From: a virus
Length of the DNA: 64,000 bases
Virus record (IMG/VR): IMGVR_UViG_3300045988_179760
Reading direction: 5' to 3' (one strand)
In this document: positions 34,634 through 44,360 of the stretch, one piece after another
How positions within the stretch are numbered: position 1 is the first letter of the stretch
Layout of the letters: every line of letters starts with the position of its first letter
The notes under the pieces: generated by a model
Told to the model about the DNA's origin: nothing
Seen by the model: the letters and a program-made list of their open reading frames with translations, nothing else
Database searches by the model: none
Translations under genes and position numbers: made by a program

Positions 34634-36397
34634 TCAGATTGCGTCCGGGAACTGTTCGTTCGGAGAGAATTTGAGGAGTTTCACAGTCGCTCCCCCACGC
34701 CATTTGTTCCACGCTTTGATGGTGATTCCGACGATGCGTCGGCGGGTTGGACGGTCGCTGTGCGCTCCACGCTTATTGATATCGAACAGCGTGTTGCGGA
34801 GTACGAGAATGGGGCTTCCCTCGTCAAGGTTAGCGCCGGAGGCGAGCATGTCGAAGAACCGTTCGCACGCCTCACCGTCGATTTCGTTGAACGTCCAGTA
34901 GAGGAGCGCGGCCATGCTGGTGGACATGAGATGATTGCTTTTCGTGTAGAACGTGCTGGCCTGTCGTAGCGTATCCTCCAATTGCGGAGTGCTTTCGATG
35001 AACGTCAGCAGTTCATTTCGGGTCGGTGACATGTTGTTGACGCATGCGGCTTCCACACCCAACTGTTCGCTCAGATAGATGGAACGGGCCACGGTGGAAA
35101 GCTGTTTGGCGTTGTTACGGCCTTTCAGTTCGAGCACGTTAGCCATGGTGCGGCTCTTGCCTGCATCCATGGTCTCCTGCGTGTCTTCGGGCAGTCCGCG
35201 AATGACCAGAGTGCGGAACGGAACACCGGATTCGACGCATGCGAGGAGCCTGTGCTGGCCGTCCAACAAGCGTCCCGTGTTGCTGAATTTGATGGCTTCG
35301 CCGTTCATTTTCCAAGCCTTCTGCGCCATGGTTCGGGCGAACAGTTCGACCTGTGTGCGGCTCACGTTGCGGTTGTTGGTGTTCACGCCGAGCATTTCCT
35401 TGGCAACGTCCGGGGTGATGGTTTCAACCCGTCCGGTGATGCTGTCCCAATCGTATTCGTCGGTTTCACCGGCGTAGGATGGCGTGGCCTTGGGTGCTGG
35501 CTCTTCCGGTTTCAAATGGATAAGCAACGTGGTTTTCGGAGCGCCGGAATGCCGTCTGATTTCGGTTTTCGGTGGTTTCACTTCGACCGTCTCGTACTGT
35601 TCGGATTCCTCGACCTGATTCATGGCGAACGCGAACGCGGTCATGGTGAACGCGAGCATGAACCTGTCCACGCTTCGTTTCGGAGGGAACTGTCTCATCC
35701 CGTCGATGATGCGGGTGGCGTCCGAATGGGTGATGTATGGGCAGTGGTTCACAACCGTGTCCAGTCCGCCCTCGTATTCCTTATGGGTGAGGAAGACGAA
35801 TGGTGCGAGGGGAGTACTCGCCTGTGCCATTCCCTTGAAGCATTGTCCGACCTCATTGTAGATTTCACCAACCTGACGGTAACGTGAAACAGTGTCGATG
35901 CCATACTCGTCCACGGGATTCGTGTACTCGTATTCGTTGCTTTTGAAGATGCGTTCGTTGTATCGGCTGGCTTCGCGTAGTCCGGGGCAACGTCCGAAAC
36001 CGAGCGTGGTTCCGTTGCCTTTCGTACCGTCAGTCCGTTTCAGATTGTCCTTGCTCAGCCAGTAGGCTTCCATGTCCGCGATGAATGTTTTCGCCGCGAC
36101 TTTCTTGGTGAGGTTCCGTCCGGTCATACGGGCGAAGTATTCTCCTTCGACGCCGGTGAGTACCGGCAGTCCGGTTCCGACGAACAGATTATCAGGCAGG
36201 AGGCCGTACCATTCGGGGTTGATTTCATGGTCGCTCATGTAGGAGAGAATCCGTCCCACGCTGTCACGGTCGATGAACACGGTTCGCGCGTTGGCGAACG
36301 GGTCAACGTCGAGATTCAACGCCTTGCATGTCGGGAGGAGGTCTTTCTGAATCATGGTCATGAACCGTGGTTCGGTTTTGATGTCTTTGTTAGGCAT
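34634..36397 (-). CDS. ParB/Srx nuclease-domain protein (587 aa)
   Basis: ParB-N motif FSNTGRLLDGQHRLLACV...LVIRGL in the middle third. Confidence 0.65.
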   Translation of the reverse strand: MPNKDIKTEPRFMTMIQKDLLPTCKALNLDVDPFANARTVFIDRDSVGRILSYMSDHEINPEWYGLLPDNLFVGTGLPVLTGVEGEYFARMTGRNLTKKVAAKTFIADMEAYWLSKDNLKRTDGTKGNGTTLGFGRCPGLREASRYNERIFKSNEYEYTNPVDEYGIDTVSRYRQVGEIYNEVGQCFKGMAQASTPLAPFVFLTHKEYEGGLDTVVNHCPYITHSDATRIIDGMRQFPPKRSVDRFMLAFTMTAFAFAMNQVEESEQYETVEVKPPKTEIRRHSGAPKTTLLIHLKPEEPAPKATPSYAGETDEYDWDSITGRVETITPDVAKEMLGVNTNNRNVSRTQVELFARTMAQKAWKMNGEAIKFSNTGRLLDGQHRLLACVESGVPFRTLVIRGLPEDTQETMDAGKSRTMANVLELKGRNNAKQLSTVARSIYLSEQLGVEAACVNNMSPTRNELLTFIESTPQLEDTLRQASTFYTKSNHLMSTSMAALLYWTFNEIDGEACERFFDMLASGANLDEGSPILVLRNTLFDINKRGAHSDRPTRRRIVGITIKAWNKWRGGATVKLLKFSPNEQFPDAI

Positions 36398-36941
36398 GGT
36401 TTCCTTCCTTCAATCGTTTCAGTATCCGGTAGGTTTTGGGGGCGCAACCGGATGGATTGTGTTCCTCTTTCCGATACTGTTTTTCGAGTTCGTCCCAATG
36501 GTCGATGATGGTTTTCCAATCGTCCGACACATCGCGCATGAGACTCAGATAGGCACGTGCGACTGGCACCATGTCGAACATTCCGAGTATCCGACGTAGG
36601 TCTCCGGGGTCTTTCGGAGTGTCCTCGCAACCATGTTTGCGCGTGCCGTTCACGGTCATTGTGATTCCGGTGAGCCGTTGGACGATGGCGAGCGAGCTGA
36701 TGCCCACGTCACCGTTGGCGAGCCATGCGGCGAACAGTTCCAACGGAAGTCTGGGACTGTCCGTCATGCCGTCGGAGGCTGGGTTGAGGTTGGCAACGAG
36801 CCTGTTCTTCGGAACGTCCGCGATGATGTCCGGCTGGGTTTCGGAGTCGGGCATCCGACCGTAGACGAGATGGTTGTTGACGAGTATGGACGGTTGTCGG
36901 CCACCATATACGCCGATGGTGCAGACGGTGTCTTCGACCAT
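36390..36941 (-). CDS. hypothetical protein (183 aa)
   Basis: ORF track. Overlap coupling with the ParB-like gene. Confidence 0.5.
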   Translation of the reverse strand: MVEDTVCTIGVYGGRQPSILVNNHLVYGRMPDSETQPDIIADVPKNRLVANLNPASDGMTDSPRLPLELFAAWLANGDVGISSLAIVQRLTGITMTVNGTRKHGCEDTPKDPGDLRRILGMFDMVPVARAYLSLMRDVSDDWKTIIDHWDELEKQYRKEEHNPSGCAPKTYRILKRLKEGNHA

Positions 36942-36944
36942 GGT

Positions 36945-37169
36945 TCACGCTTCCATCCAGCGGATGCTTTCGTTGAGGAAGTCTCTGATTTTGCGGAGGG
37001 TTTCTATATCGTTGACGACGACGCTGGTCGCGGTGTCGCTGTCGGTGATGGTGAACATGAGTTCCTTGCCGAAGCTGGGGGATTGGAGGATGGTGAGCTT
37101 GTTTGTTCCCTCGTTGTCGATGACTTGGAGTGCGGATGTGTTGCCGTTGTCGTATTCGGTTGCGCTCAT
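36945..37169 (-). CDS. small hypothetical protein (74 aa)
   Basis: ORF track. First gene of the minus operon reading away from the divergent promoter region at 37.2 kb. Confidence 0.45.
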   Translation of the reverse strand: MSATEYDNGNTSALQVIDNEGTNKLTILQSPSFGKELMFTITDSDTATSVVVNDIETLRKIRDFLNESIRWMEA

Positions 37170-37206
37170 TGTTTTTGTGGTCTTTTCCGTTCCTGTGGAA
37201 TGTTTT

Positions 37207-37225
37207 GTGTGGGCGAGGTCAGCTT
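37207..37225 (-). promoter_or_regulatory. degenerate minus-strand copy of the conserved motif (tgtgggcgaggtcagctta...acacac)
   Basis: Partial match. Divergent partner of the plus-strand copy at 37299. Confidence 0.35.
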
Positions 37226-37298
37226 AACACACTAGGTGGGGGTATGCAAGCGTTCGGAGATTCGCAGTCGGATGATTTGCGTTCGACCACACCCTTTG

Positions 37299-37317
37299 TT
37301 ATACTGGAAACGTCCAC
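37299..37317 (+). promoter_or_regulatory. plus-strand copy of the conserved promoter-like motif (TATACTGGAAACGTCCACA)
   Basis: Direct match in the + orientation, 50 nt upstream of the first plus-strand gene. Confidence 0.6.
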
Positions 37318-37368
37318 AAAAAAGGGAGCCACACACTCCCCAACACGCCAGAACAAAAAGAAGAAACC

Positions 37369-37548
37369 ATGAGCAAACAGACGGAAAACAACATCAACCT
37401 GACACTGACACTCATCACAATCGTCAGCGCACTCCTCATGTGGAGACAGGATTACGGACACGTGGTAATGGCAATCACCAGCATCACATTCCTACTCAGC
37501 TCCACCGCACTGTTCGCTCACTTCATCAAGAAACTCGACGCCTAAAAC
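37369..37548 (+). CDS. small membrane protein (59 aa, 2 TM)
   Basis: Hand-translated MSKQTENNINLTLTLITIVSALLMW...ITSITFLLSSTALFAHFIKKLDA. Below the track cut-off. Confidence 0.35.
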
Positions 37549-37613
37549 AAACAGGAATGCCCCAGCCCGAACGGACTGGGGCATAGGCATGTTCGCAGGA
37601 ATGAAGGAAACCA

Positions 37614-37994
37614 ATGGACGATAAAAACAACACCGAACGAGAGCCGAGAACCGAAGTGGAACGACTCCTGTTCAAGAACGAACGCATGCAGGACGCGCTG
37701 CTCGACCTCAAGGACACCATGAGCAGAATGATTGGCGAAGGCCGACTGCCAAACGACGACGAGGTACACCAATGGTTTGAGGGAATCGACCGCAAACTCG
37801 AACACGAAGCCGCCGACCGTGAGGTGTTGCTGTTCAACCATGGGGCCATGACCACAGTGCTCCCGAAGTCCACTGAACGATACCAACCCGACCTTCAAGT
37901 CCGATATCAGGAAATCCTCACCACATGCAACAAAGCGTATGCGGACGCCGACTACAAATATTGGATTGGCCGTTTCCAACAGGCCGGACTCTGA
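37614..37994 (+). CDS. hypothetical protein (126 aa)
   Basis: ORF track. Confidence 0.5.
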   Translation: MDDKNNTEREPRTEVERLLFKNERMQDALLDLKDTMSRMIGEGRLPNDDEVHQWFEGIDRKLEHEAADREVLLFNHGAMTTVLPKSTERYQPDLQVRYQEILTTCNKAYADADYKYWIGRFQQAGL

Positions 37995-38394
37995 CCTGAA
38001 AAACGCAATCCGAGCACAGTGGACAACACGAAAGGAGTATTCGGACAGGACAATGCCGGAAACCATACAGACATACCATCCAACGTTCGAGAAGGCCAAG
38101 AAGCTCTTCAACCTGCGTAAAAGATTGTGGGAGATAGCCGACGGTAAAAGCGACGGAACAATCTCATATGAGGAGGCGAACCATCTCGCCGTGGACGCGG
38201 TGGCGACCACCAACGGAGGAATGCCACGAGCCACGAGCGGCCCCATGGTACGACTCTGCAAGCTTTGCACCAACGGTTGGATTCGTGAAGCGGCAAATGA
38301 GATGGGCTTGGTTTACCCGGACTTGGACTATCCGGAACGGTGGGGCAAACATCGAGACCATAGCCGTAAAAAGGAAAGGAAGGCAACGATTTGA
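37939..38394 (+). CDS. hypothetical protein with ENGWIREA C-terminal motif (paralog 1; start possibly MPETIQTY at 38053)
   Basis: Shares KxFNLRxRL...GKISxxxANxxAV...CxNGWIREAxxxxxxxYPxLDxP with the next gene. Confidence 0.5.
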   Translation: MRTPTTNIGLAVSNRPDSDLKNAIRAQWTTRKEYSDRTMPETIQTYHPTFEKAKKLFNLRKRLWEIADGKSDGTISYEEANHLAVDAVATTNGGMPRATSGPMVRLCKLCTNGWIREAANEMGLVYPDLDYPERWGKHRDHSRKKERKATI

Positions 38395-38732
38395 GCGGCA
38401 ACGGATTCGGCAAGGAAGACATAAGCAGAACAGCCATTCCGGCACGCCCATACGCCAAGGATATGGCTACCATCAACCGTCTGATAGCAAGGTTGCAAAC
38501 CATTTCGGACGATAAGGCCAAAGGGAAAATCACATTCCAACAGGCGAACAAGAAGGCTGTGGAAGCAATCCACAAGGCACGGAACACCAAGTCGAAGTCC
38601 CTGCAACGCAAGCCATTAGATTATTTAGAACGTATCTGCGAGAACGGTTGGATTCGGGAAGCTGTGCGAAAGATTCCCGAACTGTACCCGTATCTCGACC
38701 ATCCAGATTTGTGGCTTCGTAAAGGCGTCTGA
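38391..38732 (+). CDS. hypothetical protein with ENGWIREA motif (paralog 2)
   Basis: Tandem paralog of the preceding gene. Confidence 0.5.
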   Translation: MSGNGFGKEDISRTAIPARPYAKDMATINRLIARLQTISDDKAKGKITFQQANKKAVEAIHKARNTKSKSLQRKPLDYLERICENGWIREAVRKIPELYPYLDHPDLWLRKGV

Positions 38733-38962
38733 TGTATTCCAAAGAGCAGATATGTTGCATGGTTTCTCTCATAATATTGTCGGCGTTGAGCTTGACCGCG
38801 CTGGTGCATTACGCTCGACTGTCGATAGGAAGAATGAGTCGGATGCCTGACGAGAAATCCCGTTCAGACCTGTTCAACTATCGGCTGATGACCGTCGTGT
38901 CACTGCTGGTGTTGTCGGTTTCGGTGGGTTCCATCATCGTCTATGGTTCCTCTCTCAAATAA
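38732..38962 (+). CDS. small membrane protein (2 TM)
   Basis: Hydrophobic 76-aa ORF, start overlapping the previous stop. Confidence 0.45.
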   Translation: MYSKEQICCMVSLIILSALSLTALVHYARLSIGRMSRMPDEKSRSDLFNYRLMTVVSLLVLSVSVGSIIVYGSSLK

Positions 38963-39058
38963 TTGGAAGACTGCCGTATTTATATTTCCTTCTACTTCCC
39001 AAACATTGACCATAACGTTTATTGACAAGAATCATTTTCAGAAAGCAGGAAGGTCAGT

Positions 39059-40015
39059 ATGTTAAACAGCACGGAAATGCTTCGACTGGTCAGAGCTGCA
39101 TGCAACGGAGACCATTTGAAATTTGCACAGCAAATCGAACTGCTTGCGGATTCTGCGGAGAAAGCCAAGCCGACCGCTTACACCACGAATCTACGTCGGC
39201 TGGCGGAGTCGGAACGCGAGAAGGGACTGGCTGTCAATGCGAGTCTGGTACCGGTTGACGGGTTGACCGAACCGTTGCTCCCACCGGACGGTACTCATAA
39301 GCCTGTGTGGGATAAGACCGTGCGGGAACTATTGGACGGACTGGTTGCCGAGTATAAGAAACTGGATGTTCTGACAGCGCATAATCTCGCTCCCCGTAAT
39401 CGAATCATACTCACTGGAGCGCCCGGTACGGGCAAGACCACCTTTGCTTCCATCCTGTCGGAGAGGCTTGGACTGGACGGTGTTATTCTTCGTGCAGACC
39501 GTGTTATCAGCAGTCAGCTCGGTAAGACGTTAACCAATATCGCCTTGGTGTTCGACCGGCTACACGTGGAACGAAAGCTCCTGTTCATAGACGAATGCGA
39601 CATGCTTCTTGCCCGACGCGACAACTCCCATGACGTTGCCGAAATGCGTCGAGCCACCAATCTCGTACTCCAGAAAATCGACACGCTACCAGATGATTGC
39701 ATTCTCGTCTGCGCCACCAACATGAGCAGTCTTATAGACCGTGCCGCATGGCGTAGGTTCGACGTCCGGGTTCATATGACACTACCGGACAAGGCGACTT
39801 CAAGACTCATCATCATGCGCCGACTCAAGGAGTTGAACATCCAAGCCGACGTTCAACCGCTCGACATCGACATAGAAGACGTTAGTCCGGCCCTGCTTGT
39901 CCAAACCGTGGACAATCTGTCCCGTAAGACTTTGATTTCCGGTTCGGAAACCATTCCGACCGACCTGTTCGTCAATGCTTTCAACTCTCTGAAGATGGAG
40001 GTTTCCAACCAGTGA
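39059..40015 (+). CDS. AAA+ ATPase (classic AAA, CbbX/FtsH-like module)
   Basis: Walker A ILTGAPGTGKTT, Walker B LLFIDECDML, sensor-1 ILVCATN. Confidence 0.75.
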   Translation: MLNSTEMLRLVRAACNGDHLKFAQQIELLADSAEKAKPTAYTTNLRRLAESEREKGLAVNASLVPVDGLTEPLLPPDGTHKPVWDKTVRELLDGLVAEYKKLDVLTAHNLAPRNRIILTGAPGTGKTTFASILSERLGLDGVILRADRVISSQLGKTLTNIALVFDRLHVERKLLFIDECDMLLARRDNSHDVAEMRRATNLVLQKIDTLPDDCILVCATNMSSLIDRAAWRRFDVRVHMTLPDKATSRLIIMRRLKELNIQADVQPLDIDIEDVSPALLVQTVDNLSRKTLISGSETIPTDLFVNAFNSLKMEVSNQ

Positions 40016-40278
40016 ACCGTGACGGATACAAGTTCGATATCAATGTCCGCAGAAACGGTTTCATGTCATATCTGTGGAGCGCCGAAGTGGAAGATGAAGG
40101 ATTCTTCACTCCCATTGCGAACGGTACTGCCCACACTCTCAACGGCGGCAAGAAAGCCGCTATGAAACAAGCGAGAAAGTGGGCGCAACACCAGCTCGCC
40201 CACCCCAGTGAAAAGGAAAGGTGGGCGGAATGTGCGACGATGAGCAACACCAAAACCAGACACCGGCGAAGTCACTGA
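40012..40278 (+). CDS. small hypothetical protein coupled to the AAA ATPase
   Basis: ORF track. 4-nt start/stop overlap. Confidence 0.45.
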   Translation: MNRDGYKFDINVRRNGFMSYLWSAEVEDEGFFTPIANGTAHTLNGGKKAAMKQARKWAQHQLAHPSEKERWAECATMSNTKTRHRRSH

Positions 40279-40529
40279 AACGTTCCGGAAGGCAACCGAA
40301 ACTATCCGATGTCGTCATGCTCGACCGGGGTTGTCAACTGTGGATTCGTGAAGCCCGTAAAGGGAACATCACGGACACGTCGAAGACCTTGGAGAAGATT
40401 CGGTATCAGCTTCGATTGGAACGTCGTGTGGCCGGACAATCCGGTTCTGGACTTCGTAGACCTGTGGGTAGGGATAAAAAACCCGATACGGATGGGAACG
40501 GTTTAAAGCCGGATAGGAAAGACTTATAA
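40221..40529 (+). CDS. hypothetical basic protein
   Basis: ORF track. Followed by the terminator at 40538. Confidence 0.35.
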   Translation: MGGMCDDEQHQNQTPAKSLKRSGRQPKLSDVVMLDRGCQLWIREARKGNITDTSKTLEKIRYQLRLERRVAGQSGSGLRRPVGRDKKPDTDGNGLKPDRKDL

Positions 40530-40537
40530 CCTATAAG

Positions 40538-40575
40538 GGTGCCGGTGGACGATGCTGTCAACCGGCACCTTTTGG
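40538..40575 (+). terminator. rho-independent terminator GGTGCCGGT...ACCGGCACC + TTTT
   Basis: 9-bp perfect stem, 14-nt loop, T-run. Confidence 0.6.
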
Positions 40576-40653
40576 TATCCGACCTCACAATACTGGGGGT
40601 ATCATTGTGTTATCGACGGAACCACACGCCCGTCATTTTTATAAGGAGACACA

Positions 40654-41418
40654 ATGAACGAAGGAACCTATGGGCTGGAGACCCTGAAAGCCGACTATCA
40701 TACGATACTCGGCTACGATATCGGCTATCTCACCGCGGAATCCTATCCACTGTTCGCACCCTATCGTGCGAAAACCAAGAACAGTTTCTCCGGTAGAGTA
40801 CCGAGACTGTTAAGCATAATCATCACCACTCTCATCAACACGCCAAGCCGCGAATGGGATGCGGAAACCCGCACGCTCACCATCGGTGACGACTTCTTCT
40901 TCCTCGCCAACAAATGCGGGTTGAACAGTGGAGGAGACGGACGCACTACCGTCCGGAACCAGCTTCTCATGCTCTCGTCAATCCAGTTCACCGGAGCGGA
41001 CGGAGTCAAAGTCACGCCGGTCGAACACACCGAAATCACCGCCGACAGTCTCACTATCGAGCATCGGAAAATCACGTTCACGGAACCGTTCGTAAAAATG
41101 ATGACAAGGAACGTCCGGCAGATGCCGTTGAAGTGTCTGTACCCCAACGCGGGTAGCGCCATAGCGATAGACCTGCTCGTATTGGCGGCATTGTATTGTC
41201 CGAACGACCATAGGCTCATCATCGAACGGGCAGACCTTCCATCACTGCTTCCAGCAAGCAGGCAAAGCCTCTCCAAGCAGAATCTTCTAAATAGATTCAA
41301 GGAGTTGAACGACAGTCAGAACGAGTGGACGTATCGTATAACGAAATACAGCGTGACCATCAGCCCGTTCGGAGTGTACTCGTCCGAAGACGCTTTGAGA
41401 TTACGTCGCAGACAATAG
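40654..41418 (+). CDS. hypothetical protein, possibly replication-initiator-like
   Basis: ORF with a good RBS (AAGGAGACACA). The functional call is a weak inference from context only. Confidence 0.3.
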   Translation: MNEGTYGLETLKADYHTILGYDIGYLTAESYPLFAPYRAKTKNSFSGRVPRLLSIIITTLINTPSREWDAETRTLTIGDDFFFLANKCGLNSGGDGRTTVRNQLLMLSSIQFTGADGVKVTPVEHTEITADSLTIEHRKITFTEPFVKMMTRNVRQMPLKCLYPNAGSAIAIDLLVLAALYCPNDHRLIIERADLPSLLPASRQSLSKQNLLNRFKELNDSQNEWTYRITKYSVTISPFGVYSSEDALRLRRRQ

Positions 41419-41484
41419 TCCAAGCTTGAAAAGAGGGGAGCCGACCGTAAGGCCGACTCCCCTCAATGATGTCGGAATGGGAAC

Positions 41485-42207
41485 TCAGATTTTCAGCTCA
41501 TCGATAACGGAAAGGTCAACACCGTCACCCCAATTATCGACAATCTTGCTCAGGTTCTTACGCATTCCGGCAGGAGACTGGTCGTCAACTGGACGGCCGA
41601 AATTCTTCTCCGGCGCGACCGCGTTCAGCACGGAGAACAGCAGGTTGGTCATATCCTTGCCCTGCGCGAACACCAACGTCACCTCTGCGGCAATCATGCC
41701 CGGCTCGGCTGTAGCCAACCCTTCCAACGCGGACGCGAACTCGGAGATTCGACGTTGGTTCTTCGGCTCGGTCAATGCGTCCAGCACTGCTTCCGGAGTG
41801 CTCTTCTTCGTATCGGTCAACGCCTTGGCAAGAGAAACCACACGCTCGTCATCCAACGATTTGACAAGAGGAATCAGCTTCTTGCCGAACTGTTCCTCGA
41901 TGTGCGGCATGGTCTTTTCACGCGGTTTGCGATTGGAACGGCCCTTACCTTTCCCCTTCGGCTTGTCTTCGGTTTCAGTGGACTCAGCGTCCACGTTCAT
42001 GTCCTCACCATCAGCCGGTGCGGACACGTCAGCGACAGGTTCCGAACTCTCCTGATTAAGAGAATCGGATTCCGTCTGCGACTCCTCGACAGAAGACTGC
42101 TCCGGTTCAGCATAATTGTCGGAACCGTAACCATTGTCCTGCTCCGACTGCTGGTTGTTGTTGAATCCCCAATTGGTGAAGTCTGGCATCATACCTTCTT
42201 TCGTCAT
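41485..42207 (-). CDS. hypothetical protein with acidic N-terminal low-complexity region
   Basis: ORF track. The plus-strand alternative (41426..42055) is Ser-rich and looks spurious. Confidence 0.5.
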   Translation of the reverse strand: MTKEGMMPDFTNWGFNNNQQSEQDNGYGSDNYAEPEQSSVEESQTESDSLNQESSEPVADVSAPADGEDMNVDAESTETEDKPKGKGKGRSNRKPREKTMPHIEEQFGKKLIPLVKSLDDERVVSLAKALTDTKKSTPEAVLDALTEPKNQRRISEFASALEGLATAEPGMIAAEVTLVFAQGKDMTNLLFSVLNAVAPEKNFGRPVDDQSPAGMRKNLSKIVDNWGDGVDLSVIDELKI

Positions 42208-42439
42208 ATCCAGCGAACACTCCGGTCGTACAGGCTGTTAACAGTCGGAACGAGGTGTTCTGTATTTTCAATTTACGAGTGTAACGCCCGACGGCATCCC
42301 TAAACGGGGAAAACGGGAAAAACAATTCCCCGCGCCGCCCGCGCCGGTAGTTCCAACAGAAAAGCGGAACCAAAAAGAGTCCCCAACAAATATGAAAAAA
42401 GGAACAGCACCTGACCATTATCAGAAAAACCATGAAAAC

Positions 42440-43110
42440 CATCCAGTCCACGCCGGTAGGTCAACATGAATAGCAGACTCAAAAAAGAAAAGAGAAAAAC
42501 CAAAAAACAAAAAGACAAAAAGATAGAAAACACTCCCCACCAAAAATCAGAAAACAAACACCATCACATCAAAAAGAAGAACCAAGAAAACCAGAAAGAA
42601 AAGAAAAAAAAAGAAAAAGAAGAACATAAGAGAAATAAGAGAAGACATCCTAAGCAAATAGAAGCAACAGAAGAACAGGACAATACTCAGCAACATAATC
42701 AGGAAAGGAACAACAGAGAAAAGGACAATAGAAGAAGAAACGTCTACCCCTAAATCGGGAATACAACGTATGAAAACAACAGAGGCAACGCAACCATCCA
42801 CCAAAAGAACAACATATCAACCCATATGACATACAGGACAGAAGAACAACAGTACCCAAACGCCCCAAGAAACAAGAAAAGCAACAAGCCACACCATCAC
42901 AAGACAAACCGAACACCAGTATCAACACGACGGCACACAACAACCACAGCACAAAACGACAACAGCGAAAAGGTCAATAGTCTCACTAACAAGGTCAACG
43001 ACAATCAGAACAAGGTAACATCAATACAGGAACAGCCAATGCAATGAAAAAAGCAACAGCAAAACCAACAAAAAACTAAATATCAAAAACTATAAATGCC
43101 AGAACTCGGA
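42440..43110 (+). repeat. ~650-bp A+C-rich low-complexity tract with extreme strand asymmetry
   Basis: Top strand is almost entirely A and C with few T. Runs such as aaaagaaaagagaaaaaccaaaaaacaaaaagacaaaaag. Sits in an otherwise roughly 58% GC element. Confidence 0.8.
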
Positions 43111-43145
43111 CAAAACCGTAAACGTTCCGATGAAAACAACGGAAC

Positions 43146-44360
43146 ATGACCCATCAGGAGGCGGTCTTATTGGAAAAACGAACGATTTCCCTGATAATCG
43201 GCTCCGGAGGGCTACTCACAACCATCAAAAAGGCCCTTACGAGAGCCGGAAACATGCGTTGGCAGGTGCCCGCCGCAGACAATATTCAAGCACAGGCCGA
43301 CTATCTGATAAGACATCCGGTGCCCTCCGGGTTCAAAGGAATCATCTTCACCGACAGGGCTGGAAACTGGCTTCCGATAGCCAACGCCGGATACATGGTC
43401 TACTGGTGCAACACCGGTCAGATACCGGTCGGAGCCATGGGCATGAGCGAACAGATGTTACGCATGAGCGTGGCTGATTTCGCACGGACTTATTGGGGAA
43501 TCCAGCTTGCGGACAAGCGTCTCGTAGTCGATATCCTCCAAAACAAAGTGAAGGAGACTGCGGTTCTCCTACCCATCACATCCAACACCGGAGGAGTGGG
43601 GAAGACCACGTCCAGCCGACAGTTGGCAGACCGTGCGTCGCAAGCCGGATTGCGTGTTCTACTCATCGACGGGAACATCCGGCAGTCCAGCCAACGTAGT
43701 TTTTTTGACCCGAGACAGGACAAGCCATTGCATACGATAGCCGACTGGCGACCGGGCATGCAGGTGCAGGTTGGAGCCAATCGAGGACGTGACCTTGGGG
43801 TTCCATACGATATCTGTTTCGCACCTCCAGCGGGCGTCGGAGTGGACTGGCAGATATACCGTCAGTACATCCAAGCGGCACGCCGACTGTGGGATTTCGT
43901 CGTGCTCGACCTTGACCGAATCAGCGCGGACGATTTGGATGATAGGGAGAATATCGCCAACGGTTTACTGCTTCCATACATTCAATCGGGAGACCCTTGT
44001 CTGGTTATCGTCAAGGCTGGAAGGCAGACGCAGATAGACGCGTTGAATCTGCTGACGGCCTTGGCTGAGCATCATCTTCCGAAGGAACTCATCGGCATCA
44101 AGGACACTGTTCCGGTCGGATTGCAAGGTTACAGGCGACTCGACTATACGAGATACGGAACGTTTCTCGGAACCGAATATCAGACGGTCGAGGCAAGCAA
44201 CCATATCGCCAACGGTGATGTCAGATGGGATGACCCCGGTCTTGCTTTTGCTAGGGAGAACATTCTTAACTGGGCTTTGCCCGACCGTGGTTTTAATCCG
44301 GAAAGATTCAATCCGAACGCTAAGAACAGTGAAGGAAAGAAAGGTCGTGGGCGTAAGTGA
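43146..44360 (+). CDS. ParA/MinD-family ATPase with N-terminal extension (CpaE/TadZ-like architecture)
   Basis: Deviant Walker A ITSNTGGVGKTTSS about 150 aa from the N-terminus. LLIDGN follows the P-loop. Confidence 0.65.
   Translation: MTHQEAVLLEKRTISLIIGSGGLLTTIKKALTRAGNMRWQVPAADNIQAQADYLIRHPVPSGFKGIIFTDRAGNWLPIANAGYMVYWCNTGQIPVGAMGMSEQMLRMSVADFARTYWGIQLADKRLVVDILQNKVKETAVLLPITSNTGGVGKTTSSRQLADRASQAGLRVLLIDGNIRQSSQRSFFDPRQDKPLHTIADWRPGMQVQVGANRGRDLGVPYDICFAPPAGVGVDWQIYRQYIQAARRLWDFVVLDLDRISADDLDDRENIANGLLLPYIQSGDPCLVIVKAGRQTQIDALNLLTALAEHHLPKELIGIKDTVPVGLQGYRRLDYTRYGTFLGTEYQTVEASNHIANGDVRWDDPGLAFARENILNWALPDRGFNPERFNPNAKNSEGKKGRGRK

Noticed and set aside
41426-42055. 209-aa plus-strand ORF overlapping 41485..42207
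   Set aside because: Ser/Ala-rich, featureless. The minus-strand alternative has a protein-like sequence and acidic N-terminal domain.
42466-42753. 95-aa K/E/N-rich ORF inside the A+C-rich tract
   Set aside because: The reading frame is a by-product of the polypurine composition (AAA/GAA codons). No RBS. Treated as non-coding low complexity.
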